From Myxococcota bacterium (GTDB lineage: Bacteria > Myxococcota_A > UBA796 > UBA2385), in assembly GCA_044344255.1 (NCBI GenBank), contig JBIJDH010000005.1, positions 297,669 to 361,668 on the forward strand: a DNA stretch of 64,000 nucleotides. Reading direction: 5' to 3'. How positions within the stretch are numbered: position 1 is the stretch's first letter; the number at the start of each line of letters is the position of its first letter. The translations under genes were made by a program, and so were the position numbers. The notes beneath the pieces were generated by a model, which saw only the letters and a list, made by a program, of their open reading frames with translations, had not been told where the DNA came from and did no database searches. Shown here piece by piece: positions 20,853 to 30,296 of the stretch.

Positions 20853-22385
20853 GCCGCGTCGGCGGCGCAGGGCGAGGAGGCCGACCAGCGCGGCGGCGGG
20901 CAGGGCCGCCCCGGGAGCGGGGCTGGCTGAGCACGCGCAGGCCTTGAAGGGAACATCCTCGTTGGCGGGGGTGAAGCCGGTGTCCTGCCCCGTCTCGCCG
21001 CCCCCGTCGCCGCCCGCCCCGGAGCAGTCCTCGGCCACCGCGGGGTCGGTGTCGTCACAGTCTGCGTCGAGCGGGGTGCCGTCGCCGTCCTGGTCGTCGT
21101 CGTTGCCGTCGCAGTCCTGATCGATGCCGTCGTACCAGACCTCCTCTGCGGTGCTGGCGACAGCGGGGTCGAGGTCGTCGCAGTCCCCACCCCCGTGCTC
21201 GGCGGCGGGGTCGCCGTCGCCGTCCTGATCGTCGTCGTCGTCGCCCGCGCAGTCCGAGTCCACCCCGTCGTACCAGGCGTCGGCGGCTCCGGGGAAGACC
21301 GCGGCGTCGGTGTCGTCGCAGTCGTCTCCGCCCGCCTCGACGGCGGCGTAGCCGTCGCCGTCCTGATCGTCGTCGTTGCCGTCGCAGTCCTGATCGACGC
21401 CGTCGTACCAGACCTCGGTCGCGCCGGGGTAAACCCCGGGCTCGGCGTCGTCGCAGTCGTCTCCGCCGCAGGTGGCGCCGCCGTGGCCGTCTCCGTCTTC
21501 ATCGCAGGTCCCGCATTGGTCCTGCCCACCGGTGTAGAGGTCTTCTGCGCCGACCTCCGTCTCGCTCGCGAGGATGAGGAAGCTCGTGCCCAGGCTGCCG
21601 AGGGCGGGGAGGCTGTCGGGGCTCGTCCAGCGGAGGGCCATCGCGTCGTCGGTGGTGGCGGCGGCCTCGTCGGTCAGGGTCGTGTCGGCGTCGGTGTCGG
21701 AGTTCGACCACCCGGCGTAGTGGCCGAGGGCGGAGTTGTCTTCGTCACAGGCCCCGAAGGAGAGGGTCACCCCGGAGGAGGCGCCCACGCTCTCTGCGTA
21801 GTCGGAGGCCGTGCCGCCCCCCGTGTTCTGGACGTTGTTCTTGGTGGTGTAGATCCCGTAGCTGGCGGAGTCCTGATCGGGGTCGACCGCGTAGAGCAGG
21901 CGGAGGTTCGTGATCTCCTGGTCGGTCTTGTTGGTGACCCCGAAGCTCACCACCACAAGGCTCTCGTCGAGCGCCCAGCGCTCCACCTTGGTGATGATGA
22001 CCTGGTCGTCTTCGAAGACGTGCGTGGCGATGGCGTGAGTGAGGGTGGAGTCGTCCCGCTCGTCGGTGAGGAGGAGGTTAGTGCCGCTGCCGGAGCCCGA
22101 CCAGGCCTCGTACGACTCGTCGCCGATCTGGTATTCGACGGCGAAGCGCTGCCAAGGGTAGCCCCAATAGGAAAATTCGACCCAGGCGCCCACGATGAAG
22201 GCCTGGAAGCCAGCCGCGGCGCCCGTGTCATTCCAGGTGCCATCGTCGTTGTAGTAGATCTGCACGAGGTCGCCGGCCACGAGCTCAGCCCCGACCGCGG
22301 GGCGCGCGCCGAGGAGCGCGAGCAGGGGGACGAGCAGGGGGACGAGCAGGGGCTGGCCTGCGGTGCGGTGGCGACCGTGGGACAT
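20808..22385 (-). CDS. Secreted DCDD metal-binding-repeat protein with MYXO-CTERM-like tail
   Basis: Signal peptide; three DCDD..PGA.E.WYDG.DQDCDG-type repeats; ACAC + TM + RRRR tail. Confidence 0.85.
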   Translation of the reverse strand: MSHGRHRTAGQPLLVPLLVPLLALLGARPAVGAELVAGDLVQIYYNDDGTWNDTGAAAGFQAFIVGAWVEFSYWGYPWQRFAVEYQIGDESYEAWSGSGSGTNLLLTDERDDSTLTHAIATHVFEDDQVIITKVERWALDESLVVVSFGVTNKTDQEITNLRLLYAVDPDQDSASYGIYTTKNNVQNTGGGTASDYAESVGASSGVTLSFGACDEDNSALGHYAGWSNSDTDADTTLTDEAAATTDDAMALRWTSPDSLPALGSLGTSFLILASETEVGAEDLYTGGQDQCGTCDEDGDGHGGATCGGDDCDDAEPGVYPGATEVWYDGVDQDCDGNDDDQDGDGYAAVEAGGDDCDDTDAAVFPGAADAWYDGVDSDCAGDDDDDQDGDGDPAAEHGGGDCDDLDPAVASTAEEVWYDGIDQDCDGNDDDQDGDGTPLDADCDDTDPAVAEDCSGAGGDGGGETGQDTGFTPANEDVPFKACACSASPAPGAALPAAALVGLLALRRRRGSPGSDPHHHPRRVR

Positions 22386-22460
22386 AAGGGTCTCCTGAGA
22401 TGCGACCCCGACGGTATAGGTCGAGAACGTGCCCAGGGGCAAGCGCTCGCTGCGAACGGG

Positions 22461-22490
22461 GGCGCGACGGGGCGCGACGGGGCGCGACGG
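22461..22490. repeat. Intergenic 10-bp tandem repeat x3 (ggcgcgacgg)
   Basis: Three perfect consecutive copies. Confidence 0.9.
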
Positions 22491-22501
22491 GGGCCAGGGG
22501 C

Positions 22502-23062
22502 CTAAATCGACAGGTCGACCGGAGCCTCGGTGACGAGGGCCCGCAGCAGGTCGCTGCGGGTGATGATGCCCACGAGGGTGGTCTCCTCGACGATGGGCAT
22601 ACAGCCGATGCGGTGGAGCAAGAGCAGGCGTGCGATCTCGCGGAGGAGCGTGTCCGGCGCCGCGGTCAGCACGTGGGTGGCCATGAGGTCGGCGACCCGC
22701 AGGTTCTCCCGATCTTCAGCGCGGCTGGCGGGGAGGAGGTCGCGGTCGGACAGGACGCCGATGATCCGGCGCCGCTCGTCGAGCACCGGGACATGGCGGA
22801 AGCGTCGCTCCTCGAAGAGGGCCGCGGCCTCGTCGAGGGTGGCCTCGGGGTCGAGCGTGATCACGGGCTCCGACATCAGCTCGCTGGCGTAGACCCGGCG
22901 GCGGCGGAGCGGGGACAGGGAGGCGGGGCGCAACCAAGGGTTCGAGCGGCTCGCCTCCCGCGGTGGGAGGTGGGTCGAGACCGGCTCGGCCGCTCGGACC
23001 GCCTCCACTGCGACCACTGGCCCGATCACCCGCCTCCCGCTGCTGTCCCACACGCTGAACAT
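22502..23062 (-). CDS. CBS-domain protein (tandem CBS pair)
   Basis: FRHVPVLD..IIGVLSDRDL and IGCMPIV...LVGIITRSDLL; GGAGG RBS. Confidence 0.9.
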   Translation of the reverse strand: MFSVWDSSGRRVIGPVVAVEAVRAAEPVSTHLPPREASRSNPWLRPASLSPLRRRRVYASELMSEPVITLDPEATLDEAAALFEERRFRHVPVLDERRRIIGVLSDRDLLPASRAEDRENLRVADLMATHVLTAAPDTLLREIARLLLLHRIGCMPIVEETTLVGIITRSDLLRALVTEAPVDLSI

Positions 23063-23192
23063 CGACGTCCTCCCTTCGCGCGCGAGGGATGGGCCCCGCG
23101 CTGCCTGTGCGGCTGCAGCCTTGGATCTGCCACAACTCGGCCTGGAGGTCCAGCGGCGTGTGCAGCGCGCCGAAAGGGGATACCGGCGGTGC

Positions 23193-24146
23193 ATGGTCCA
23201 GGCCCCTCCGAGCATCCTCCCACAGACCTATGCAGGTAGCGCCAGCTTCTCCGGCCGCGGCCCGCGGGCGGTGCTGACGATCGGCAACTTTGACGGGGTC
23301 CACCTCGGGCATCGGCACCTCATCGGCGCCGCCCAGGCGCGCGCAGAGGCGGAGGGGGTCCCGGTCTGTGTCTACACCTTTGAGCCCGCGCCGCGGGTCG
23401 TGCTCGCGCCGAGCCAGCGCCCGCCGCGGATCACCGACTGGCTGGAGCGGATCGACCTCCTCGGCGGGGCGGGGGTCGGACATGTGGTGCTCGAGCGTTT
23501 CGGGCGGGCCTTCGCACAGCACCCGCCCGAGTGGTTCGTCGACGAGGTCATCGGCCGGCGCATCCAGCCCGCCGCCGTGGTGGTCGGCTACGACTTCCGC
23601 TTCGGGCGTGCCCGCGCTGGAGATGTCGGGCTGCTCCGTGCGCGCCTGCCCGGGGTCGACGTCCTGCAGGTGAGCGCCTTTGAGGTGGACGGCCTCGCGG
23701 TGAGCTCGAGCCGGATCCGCACCCTGCTGCTGGAGGGGGCGGTGTCGGCGGCAGCGGCGCTGCTCGGCCGGCCCTTCAGCCTGCGGGGCACGGTCGTGCC
23801 CGGCGATCAGCGGGGGCGCACCATCGGCTTCCCCACAGCGAACCTGGAGAGCGACGCCGAGCTCCTCCCGCCGAGCGGGGTCTACGCCGTGCGGGCGCGG
23901 GTGGACGGGCGGGGGCCCTGGTGCCCGGCGGTGGCCAACCTGGGCACCCGCCCCACCTTCGACGGCAGCCGCTTCCTCCATGAGGTCCACCTGCTCGACA
24001 CGAGCATCGACCTCTATGGCCGCGAGCTCGAGGTCGCCTTCATCGAGCGCCTCCGAGCCGAGCAGCGCTTCTCCGGTCCGGACGCGCTCGTGGTGCAGAT
24101 CCGGGCGGACGTGCTCCAGGCCCGCGAGCGGCTGGCCGCGCCTTGA
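23193..24146 (+). CDS. ribF: Bifunctional riboflavin kinase/FAD synthetase
   Basis: IGNFDGVHLGH, VGYDFRFG, VSSSRIR, GRTIGFPTAN and GTRPTF. Confidence 0.97.
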   Translation: MVQAPPSILPQTYAGSASFSGRGPRAVLTIGNFDGVHLGHRHLIGAAQARAEAEGVPVCVYTFEPAPRVVLAPSQRPPRITDWLERIDLLGGAGVGHVVLERFGRAFAQHPPEWFVDEVIGRRIQPAAVVVGYDFRFGRARAGDVGLLRARLPGVDVLQVSAFEVDGLAVSSSRIRTLLLEGAVSAAAALLGRPFSLRGTVVPGDQRGRTIGFPTANLESDAELLPPSGVYAVRARVDGRGPWCPAVANLGTRPTFDGSRFLHEVHLLDTSIDLYGRELEVAFIERLRAEQRFSGPDALVVQIRADVLQARERLAAP

Positions 24147-24165
24147 GCCCGGCGCGGGGCTCGCG

Positions 24166-25008
24166 GTGATCAGCGCTCGGACGCGGGTGCTGGGGCTGGT
24201 GGGGCACCCGGTGCGCCACTCCCTGTCCCCGGCCATGTACAACGAGCTCTTTCGCCGGAGCCGGATCGACGCCGTGTATGTGGCCTTCGACGTCCACCCC
24301 GAGCGGGCGGGCGACGTGGCGGGGGCGATCCGCACCCTCGACCTCGTGGGCGTCAACCTCACCGTGCCCTTCAAGGAGCGGGTGATGGCCGACCTCGATC
24401 ACCTCACCGTCGCCGCCGAGGAGGCGGGCGCGGTCAATGTGGTCATCCAGGTGGAGGGCAAGCTCACCGGCTACAACACCGACGGAGAGGGCCTGGTGCG
24501 CAGCCTCGAAGAGCAGGGCTGGAGCACCCGCGGGCGGGTGGCGGTGGTGCTCGGGGCAGGTGGCACGGCGCGGGCGGTGGCTTCGGCGCTGGTCGATCGC
24601 GGGGCCGGTCGGGTCTGCCTGCTCAACCGCACCGAGGCCCGCGCTGTCGCCGCCGTCGATCTCCTCGGCCGCCGCTTCCCGGGTGACCGCCTCGAGGCCG
24701 GGCCGCTCACCCCCGCCGCCTTCGCTCGTCTCGCCGCGGGGGCCGATCTGGTCGTCAACTGCCTCAGCGGCGGAGCCGAGCAGCAGGTCAGCGCGCTCTC
24801 GCCCGAGGTCCTCGCCCCCGGCGGTTGGTGGGTGGACGTCAACTACTGGATGCCGAGCCCGCCGCTCCGGGCCGCCGCCTTGGCCCGCGGGCTGCGCTTC
24901 GAGACGGGGCACGCCATGCTCATGCACCAGGGCGCGCTCGCCTTCGAGCTCTTCACCGGCCACCCCGTCGAGGTCCGGGAGATCCGAGAGATCCTGGACA
25001 CCCGGTGA
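24166..25008 (+). CDS. aroE: Shikimate dehydrogenase
   Basis: HSLSPAMYN, NLTVPFKE, GYNTDGEG, LGAGGTARA and MLMHQGALAFELFTG. Confidence 0.95.
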   Translation: MISARTRVLGLVGHPVRHSLSPAMYNELFRRSRIDAVYVAFDVHPERAGDVAGAIRTLDLVGVNLTVPFKERVMADLDHLTVAAEEAGAVNVVIQVEGKLTGYNTDGEGLVRSLEEQGWSTRGRVAVVLGAGGTARAVASALVDRGAGRVCLLNRTEARAVAAVDLLGRRFPGDRLEAGPLTPAAFARLAAGADLVVNCLSGGAEQQVSALSPEVLAPGGWWVDVNYWMPSPPLRAAALARGLRFETGHAMLMHQGALAFELFTGHPVEVREIREILDTR

Positions 25009-25057
25009 TGGGCCCCTCGACGTCCGTGACGCTCGAACGTAACACAGGTTACACCAT

Positions 25058-25504
25058 ATGAAGTCAACAAAACCGGTGGTGATCGTCCGAGATCCCGATC
25101 CCACGAGGCGGCTCGCCTGGGTGAGCGCGCTCAGCGCCCGCTACGAGGTCTCGGCCCCGGGCGACGAGGAGCCGCTGCGCCTGATCCGCCGTGTCCGCCC
25201 GGCGCTCGTGCTGCTCACCGTGGCGGAGGGCCGGCCTGGGGAGGCGAGCGCCCTCTGCCGGGCCATCAAGACGGAGGCAGGCGCTCCCCCACGCGTCGGC
25301 CTGCTCGACCCGGGCGGCCGCCTGACCGAGCCCGCCGCCGCGGCCCAGGCTTGCCTCGCCGACGGGCTGCTCGGGGGCACGCCGCCTGACCTCGACGCCC
25401 GCCTCCGCTTCGTCGCCGACACCCTGGCGGGCGTAAAGCCGGTCACCTTGCACCCGGTGGAAGGCGGGTTGTTACGCCGGCTCCGCGGGCTCTGGACCGG
25501 GTGA
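25058..25504 (+). CDS. Degenerate (atypical) receiver-domain protein
   Basis: VVIVRDPDPTRR, RPALVLL and LCRAIK REC-like pattern without the phospho-Asp; amphipathic C-terminal tail. Confidence 0.5.
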   Translation: MKSTKPVVIVRDPDPTRRLAWVSALSARYEVSAPGDEEPLRLIRRVRPALVLLTVAEGRPGEASALCRAIKTEAGAPPRVGLLDPGGRLTEPAAAAQACLADGLLGGTPPDLDARLRFVADTLAGVKPVTLHPVEGGLLRRLRGLWTG

Positions 25505-25603
25505 GCGGCGCCACCCGACGCGGGCGGTGGTGGCGAGGCGTCTGTGGATGAGGCAGCATGGGCTTCGGCATGGACCTCTGCACAGGGGCCGGAGGAGACT
25601 CAG

Positions 25604-26275
25604 ATGGACCGACACGCACACACCTCGCACCCCCTTCGCTCCACGGGGCGCCTCGCGGGCTTCTGCGTCGCGCTCGGTGTGTGCGGGGTCACCGGCTGCG
25701 CGGCGGAGGTCGCCCCCAAGGGGGGCAGCGACGGCAGCGACGGCAGCGACGGCGGTGACGGAGGCGATGGTGGAGGGGACTCCGGCGGCGCAGATGACAC
25801 CGGTGGCGGGGGCGGCGGCGGCCTCTCGGGCGACGTCGCGGCCCTGCTCACCACCGGCTCCGGCTGCGGAGACCTCATCCTCACCGTCCACGACGACCCC
25901 GACCGCCTGCTGCTCGCCTTCCAGGTGAGCGGCCCGGTGGCGGCGGCCTTCACCGCCGGCGCCCCGACCACCACGACCTACACCCTCCCCGACGCCGCGG
26001 TCACGCTGCTGGTTCAAGGCGGCGAGCGCCTCGGCGCAGGCTGGTGTAACGACGTGGTCGATGACCGCACCCAGGTCCGCACCACCTGGACCGCCACCGC
26101 TGGCGCCGCCTCGCTGCTCGTCACCCCCTCCGGGGAGGCGACCGAATTCGAGCAGCCGGCCGAGGGCTGCCTCACGTTAGACGGCGCCACCTTCGTCGTC
26201 AGCGAGGGCTCGGGTAACCCCATCGAGGTCAGCCACCTCGAGGCCTGCGGGCGGGTGGGCTGGCTCCCAGGCTGA
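25604..26275 (+). CDS. Uncharacterised lipoprotein with GSD/GGD linker
   Basis: GGAGGAG RBS; lipobox VTGC; ends in VGWLPG. Confidence 0.7.
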   Translation: MDRHAHTSHPLRSTGRLAGFCVALGVCGVTGCAAEVAPKGGSDGSDGSDGGDGGDGGGDSGGADDTGGGGGGGLSGDVAALLTTGSGCGDLILTVHDDPDRLLLAFQVSGPVAAAFTAGAPTTTTYTLPDAAVTLLVQGGERLGAGWCNDVVDDRTQVRTTWTATAGAASLLVTPSGEATEFEQPAEGCLTLDGATFVVSEGSGNPIEVSHLEACGRVGWLPG

Positions 26276-26300
26276 GCCTCCGTGTTGACGCTCCAACCCG

Positions 26301-26771
26301 TTATTTGTGGACAGGTCGCCCCAACGCGGCGCGGCCGGCCGGGCGCAGCAGGGCGAAGAGCCCGAAGGCCCCCATCAGGGTGCCGACCGGCGGCGCGGCC
26401 AGCGACAGCAGCGACAGGCCGATCGCGGGGAAGTAGGCCCAGGGCCGCAGCCGCCTCAGCCCCGCCCCGGTGACGAGGCTGAGCGCCAGCAGCCCCACCT
26501 GGGCGGCGGTCAGGGCATACGCAGCGCCGCTGCTGACGCCCTCGTCTCCATCGACCAGCGGATCGAGCACGCTCCGCACCATCAGGCCGCCAAACCCCAC
26601 CACCGCGCCGCCGAGCAGGTAGAACAGGCCGAGGGCCCGGAGGAGGGTCTCTGGCTGAAAGACCGCGTTACGCCAGTGTGACGCGGGGGCGCCATCGGGG
26701 CCTCCATCGGGGGTTGGAGGCGACACCGGGGCAGCGGTGGGCGGGCGGGCGCTTGGCCTCGGCGTGGACAT
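26301..26771 (-). CDS. Small membrane protein (3-4 TM)
   Basis: GAGLRRLRPWA and PPVGTLMGAFGLFALL segments. Confidence 0.7.
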   Translation of the reverse strand: MSTPRPSARPPTAAPVSPPTPDGGPDGAPASHWRNAVFQPETLLRALGLFYLLGGAVVGFGGLMVRSVLDPLVDGDEGVSSGAAYALTAAQVGLLALSLVTGAGLRRLRPWAYFPAIGLSLLSLAAPPVGTLMGAFGLFALLRPAGRAALGRPVHK

Positions 26772-26818
26772 TGACAGATCTTACCCGGCGGGGCGCCCGA
26801 TCCGGTTAGCCTCGCCGG

Positions 26819-27853
26819 ATGATCCTCGTCTACGGCGCTTATGGTTACACCGGTCAGCTCATCGTCCGCGAGGCGGTCGCGGCGGGCATCCCCCTCATCC
26901 TCGCCGGCCGCGACCGGCAGCGCACCGAGGCCCTCGCGCGCGAGCACGGGCTCCCCTGTCGCGTCTTCGGGCTCGAAGCTCCCGATCTGAGCGGGGTGCG
27001 CGCCGTGCTGCACTGCGCGGGGCCCTTCTCCCGCACCGCGGCCCCGATGGTAGACGCCTGCCTGCGCGCAGGGGTCCACTACCTCGACATCACGGGGGAG
27101 ATCAGCGTCTTCGAGGCCTTGGCCGCGCGGGACGCCGAGGCGAAGCACGCAGGCGTCCTCCTCCTGCCGGGCGCGGGCTTTGACGTCGTGCCCTCGGACT
27201 GCCTCGCCGCGCATGTCGCCCGCCGCCTGCCCACGGCCCGCAGCCTCCGCCTCGCCTTGTGGACGCGGGGCGTGATCTCCCACGGCACCGCCACCACCCT
27301 CGTCGAGAACCTGGGCGGCCCCGGCGCCGTCCGGCGAGAGGGCCGGATCGTCCCCGTCCCCGCTGGCCACGACCGCCGCACCTTCGCCTTCGGGGCGGAG
27401 CGCCGGGAGGCGGCCACCATCCCCTGGGGAGACGTCTCGACCGCCTTCTACACCACGGGCATCCCCAACATCGCCGTCTACACCGTCCTGCCTGCGGCCG
27501 TGATGGTGGGCATGCGCTGGAGCGGCCTCTTCGGGCCCCTCCTTCGTTCGGCGCCGGTGCAGCGTCAACTCCAGCGGTACATCGACGGTCGCCCGGCCGG
27601 CCCCACGGACGCCGAGCGCGAGGCCGGTTCTTGCCGCATCGTGGCGGAGGCCGAGGACGACGCGGGCAAGGTGGTGCAGAGCCTGCTCACCGCGCCCGAG
27701 GGCTACACCCTGACCGCCCGCACCGCCCTCGAGCTCGCCCGCCGCGCCGCCGCCGGCGACGCCCCGATCGGCTTCCAGACCCCGGCGCGGGCCTACGGCG
27801 CCGACTTCATCCTCGGCTTCGCGGGGGTCACCCGCACCGACCTCGGGACGTGA
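26819..27853 (+). CDS. Saccharopine dehydrogenase-like NADP-binding oxidoreductase
   Basis: YGAYGYTG, HCAGPF, HYLDITGE, GFDVVPSD and GFQTPA. Confidence 0.92.
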   Translation: MILVYGAYGYTGQLIVREAVAAGIPLILAGRDRQRTEALAREHGLPCRVFGLEAPDLSGVRAVLHCAGPFSRTAAPMVDACLRAGVHYLDITGEISVFEALAARDAEAKHAGVLLLPGAGFDVVPSDCLAAHVARRLPTARSLRLALWTRGVISHGTATTLVENLGGPGAVRREGRIVPVPAGHDRRTFAFGAERREAATIPWGDVSTAFYTTGIPNIAVYTVLPAAVMVGMRWSGLFGPLLRSAPVQRQLQRYIDGRPAGPTDAEREAGSCRIVAEAEDDAGKVVQSLLTAPEGYTLTARTALELARRAAAGDAPIGFQTPARAYGADFILGFAGVTRTDLGT

Positions 27854-27859
27854 CGCCGC

Positions 27860-28804
27860 ATGGCGCCGCCCCGCTCACCCGCTGCCCGGCCTGAGCCCGG
27901 GGCCCACCTCCAGTGTCCCGGCTGCGGCGCCCCGGTGCCGATCACGGGGGTAGACAAGAGCCGCTGCCTCTTCTGCCTGCGGGAGACGGACGTCCCGGAC
28001 CACCTCGCCCGGCCGGTAGAGGAGGCCGATGAGATCGAGGAGCGGGTCGAGGAGGCCGCCCGCGAGCTCCAGGCGGCGCGCCACGGCGCCAGCTCGGGCC
28101 GCTTCGCCCGCCTGCGGGTGGTGGGCATCCTGATGGGCACGGGGGCCTTCGCCCTCGGCACCACGGGGGTCTCGCTCTTCGCCTCCGGCGGCCTGAAGGG
28201 CCTCCAGAAGAACCCGATGGCGCTGCTCGGCCCGGTGCTGATCGTCTCGATCTACGGCGGCATGGGGGCCTCGATGGTGCTGGGCGTGCTCGGCTCCGCG
28301 GTCGCCGAGCGCCTGCGCCTGCGCTCCGTTCCCTTCGCGGTGGTGCGCACGGCCAAGGGCATCGAGGCCCGCTGCCCCAACTGTGCGGCCGGCCTCGTGC
28401 CCCTCGGCAAGCTCACCGCCACCTGCGGCGGCTGCGGCACGGAGGCGCTGCTCCCGGCCCCCCTCGTCTCCGCCGAGCTCCAGGCCCGGCATCACAAGCT
28501 GGCGATGGCCCACAAGCACACGAGCGGCTTCCACCGTGGTCAACAGCGGGCCGCGGCGGTGGCTCAGCTCGGTATGGGCTGCGTGATGGGGGGCGTGGGC
28601 CTCGTGGCGATGGTGGCCATTCCGGTGATCATGTTCTTCGCCTCCAAGCACATGAAGATGTCGCCGGCCGTGATGATCGGGAGCGCGGCCCTGCCGGTGG
28701 TGATCCTCGGCGGCACCTTCGGCATGAACGCGCTCACCCAATTCTGGACGGCCGTGAAGATGTGGCGGGCGGCGGGGAAGATTGGACCTGAGGGTTCGGC
28801 CTGA
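27860..28804 (+). CDS. Membrane protein with two CxxC-CxxC zinc ribbons
   Basis: CPGC/CLFC and CPNC/CGGC pairs, each followed by a two-TM hairpin. Confidence 0.7.
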   Translation: MAPPRSPAARPEPGAHLQCPGCGAPVPITGVDKSRCLFCLRETDVPDHLARPVEEADEIEERVEEAARELQAARHGASSGRFARLRVVGILMGTGAFALGTTGVSLFASGGLKGLQKNPMALLGPVLIVSIYGGMGASMVLGVLGSAVAERLRLRSVPFAVVRTAKGIEARCPNCAAGLVPLGKLTATCGGCGTEALLPAPLVSAELQARHHKLAMAHKHTSGFHRGQQRAAAVAQLGMGCVMGGVGLVAMVAIPVIMFFASKHMKMSPAVMIGSAALPVVILGGTFGMNALTQFWTAVKMWRAAGKIGPEGSA

Positions 28805-28807
28805 AGA

Positions 28808-29620
28808 TCAGGAGCTCGCGGTCCAACAGGGCCGACAGAGCGGCTTGGCCATTGTTGTCTTCTTCTCCGCTCCGCAGGAATGACAGTGGACCTCGTCGTA
28901 CTCAGGGTTCTGGAATCGTGCCCAGGACGCATAGCAGGCCGCACAGTACGGGCGAGCCGGATTGAGGGGAACAGCAGCGTTGCAGCGGATGCAGTGGCCT
29001 GAACTACCTGTGGAGCGGGACGCAGCCGCGGGTGGTTTAGCGCCCGGTCTCGCTGGGGGTCGCTTCAGGACTTCAGAAGGGCGAGTAATTGCGATTGCGG
29101 GGCTCGCTTTCGGCAACGGAAGACTGCCAACCATTGCAGAAAAAGCAGCAGAGAACGCTGCGATACCGGTCGGCGCGTTCAGCTTTCGGTCGTCCACCGC
29201 CCGCTGGTGCAGTTTCCTCACCTCATCCTTGACCTTCGCATAGTCTGCGAAGTCGGTGTCTTGGTGGAACCGAATCGCGATCTCCCACGAATTTAGAGCG
29301 GACGTCTCGAGCAGATTCATCGAGGTCACGATCGCCGTTGTCTTGCTGAGATAAATCTTGGCATGAAGATGAGGCAGGTACTCGATCTCCACTCCGGCAG
29401 CCTTGACCGTAGACGTCAACGCTTCCTGTTTTTCTCGGTCACTGCCACCCCGAACGACCAAACGTACCTTCGCGCCCGGCCGGGACGCCGCGTGTCGAAT
29501 CGCGTCCGTCAGGCGGACCCATGGTTTGAAATAGGGCGTGATGAGAACGAGCTGGCCTTCCGACGATTCGATGAGCTTGAGGACCTCGCCGGAGATGTCG
29601 GTTCCACCTATGATGTCCAT
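28808..29620 (-). CDS. PLD-superfamily (Nuc-like, single HxK) protein with C-terminal four-CxxC zinc finger
   Basis: LITPYF, HLHAKIYL...IVTSMNL...SWEIAI; tail CIRC/CAAC/CHSC/CRPC; GC content and codon usage lower than neighbours. Confidence 0.85.
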   Translation of the reverse strand: MDIIGGTDISGEVLKLIESSEGQLVLITPYFKPWVRLTDAIRHAASRPGAKVRLVVRGGSDREKQEALTSTVKAAGVEIEYLPHLHAKIYLSKTTAIVTSMNLLETSALNSWEIAIRFHQDTDFADYAKVKDEVRKLHQRAVDDRKLNAPTGIAAFSAAFSAMVGSLPLPKASPAIAITRPSEVLKRPPARPGAKPPAAASRSTGSSGHCIRCNAAVPLNPARPYCAACYASWARFQNPEYDEVHCHSCGAEKKTTMAKPLCRPCWTASS

Positions 29621-30203
29621 GCGAGTATTGGTCCGATTTGTAGTGGGTAGACTTGTGGCGTTGGCTGGGTCAAAGCTGGGACAGAGAAGGACCTGTGGGA
29701 GCGCCGAGGCACCGTCGGAAACCGCTAAAACGCTGGTAACGCACTCCAACTGGTCGTTCAATGCGGTGGTGAGCGGCTCGTGGGTCCCTGGGCGGGGAGG
29801 TGACGGAGGCGGGGTACCGACGGGCGTCACCGCAGCCCATATTGGTGCAGAGGCTCGCACGATGTTCGTAGTCGTGGGACGTGTTTTAGCTGGTTGGACG
29901 CGACGCCTGCAGCGCTCATTGGAAGTAGACCGGGGTGTGCTCACCAGGGGTAGTCCACCTGCGTGCTGGTCCTTGCAAGGGCTCGGTGGTTCAGTTATCT
30001 CTTTGGTCGGTCGACACCTCGGTGGTTCATGAGGTTGTTCGGCCAGCCGAACACCGAAAAGCTGGCGTTCGAGCGCCCCCGGTTCGCACTTCCGCTCCCA
30101 TGGATGCCCCCTGAGGACTCCCTGGAAGCTCATCGAAGGGCCTCCGTGCGGGGCCCCCGCCCCCCGCCGCCAGCGTAGCTGACCGGTGGCAACTCCAACC
30201 GGG

Positions 30204-30252
30204 GTGGACTACTTCCGGTGAGCAGAAGTGGTCTACTTCTGGTGAGCGCTCA
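30204..30252. mobile_element. IS21-like terminal repeat remnant
   Basis: GTGGACTACTTCCGGTGAGC (30204-30223) and GTGGTCTACTTCTGGTGAGC (30228-30247), 18/20 identical with 24-bp period, followed by GCTCA; no intact transposase. Confidence 0.5.
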
Positions 30253-30296
30253 AGGACGCGGGTATTCGTGATTGGGGACCTACGGCTCACTGCTCT

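Noticed and set aside
30037..30052. GTTCGGC-ca-GCCGAAC inverted repeat resembling integron attC core sites
   Set aside because: Too short, order reversed for a single attC, and no integrase or cassette array nearby.
29621..30133. 171-codon N-terminal extension of the PLD ORF
   Set aside because: Low-quality, non-globular translation; the recognisable domain starts at MDIIGG (29620).
30204..30247. Direct repeats as a mini-CRISPR array
   Set aside because: Only two 20-bp units with a 4-bp gap and no cas genes; an IS end fits better.
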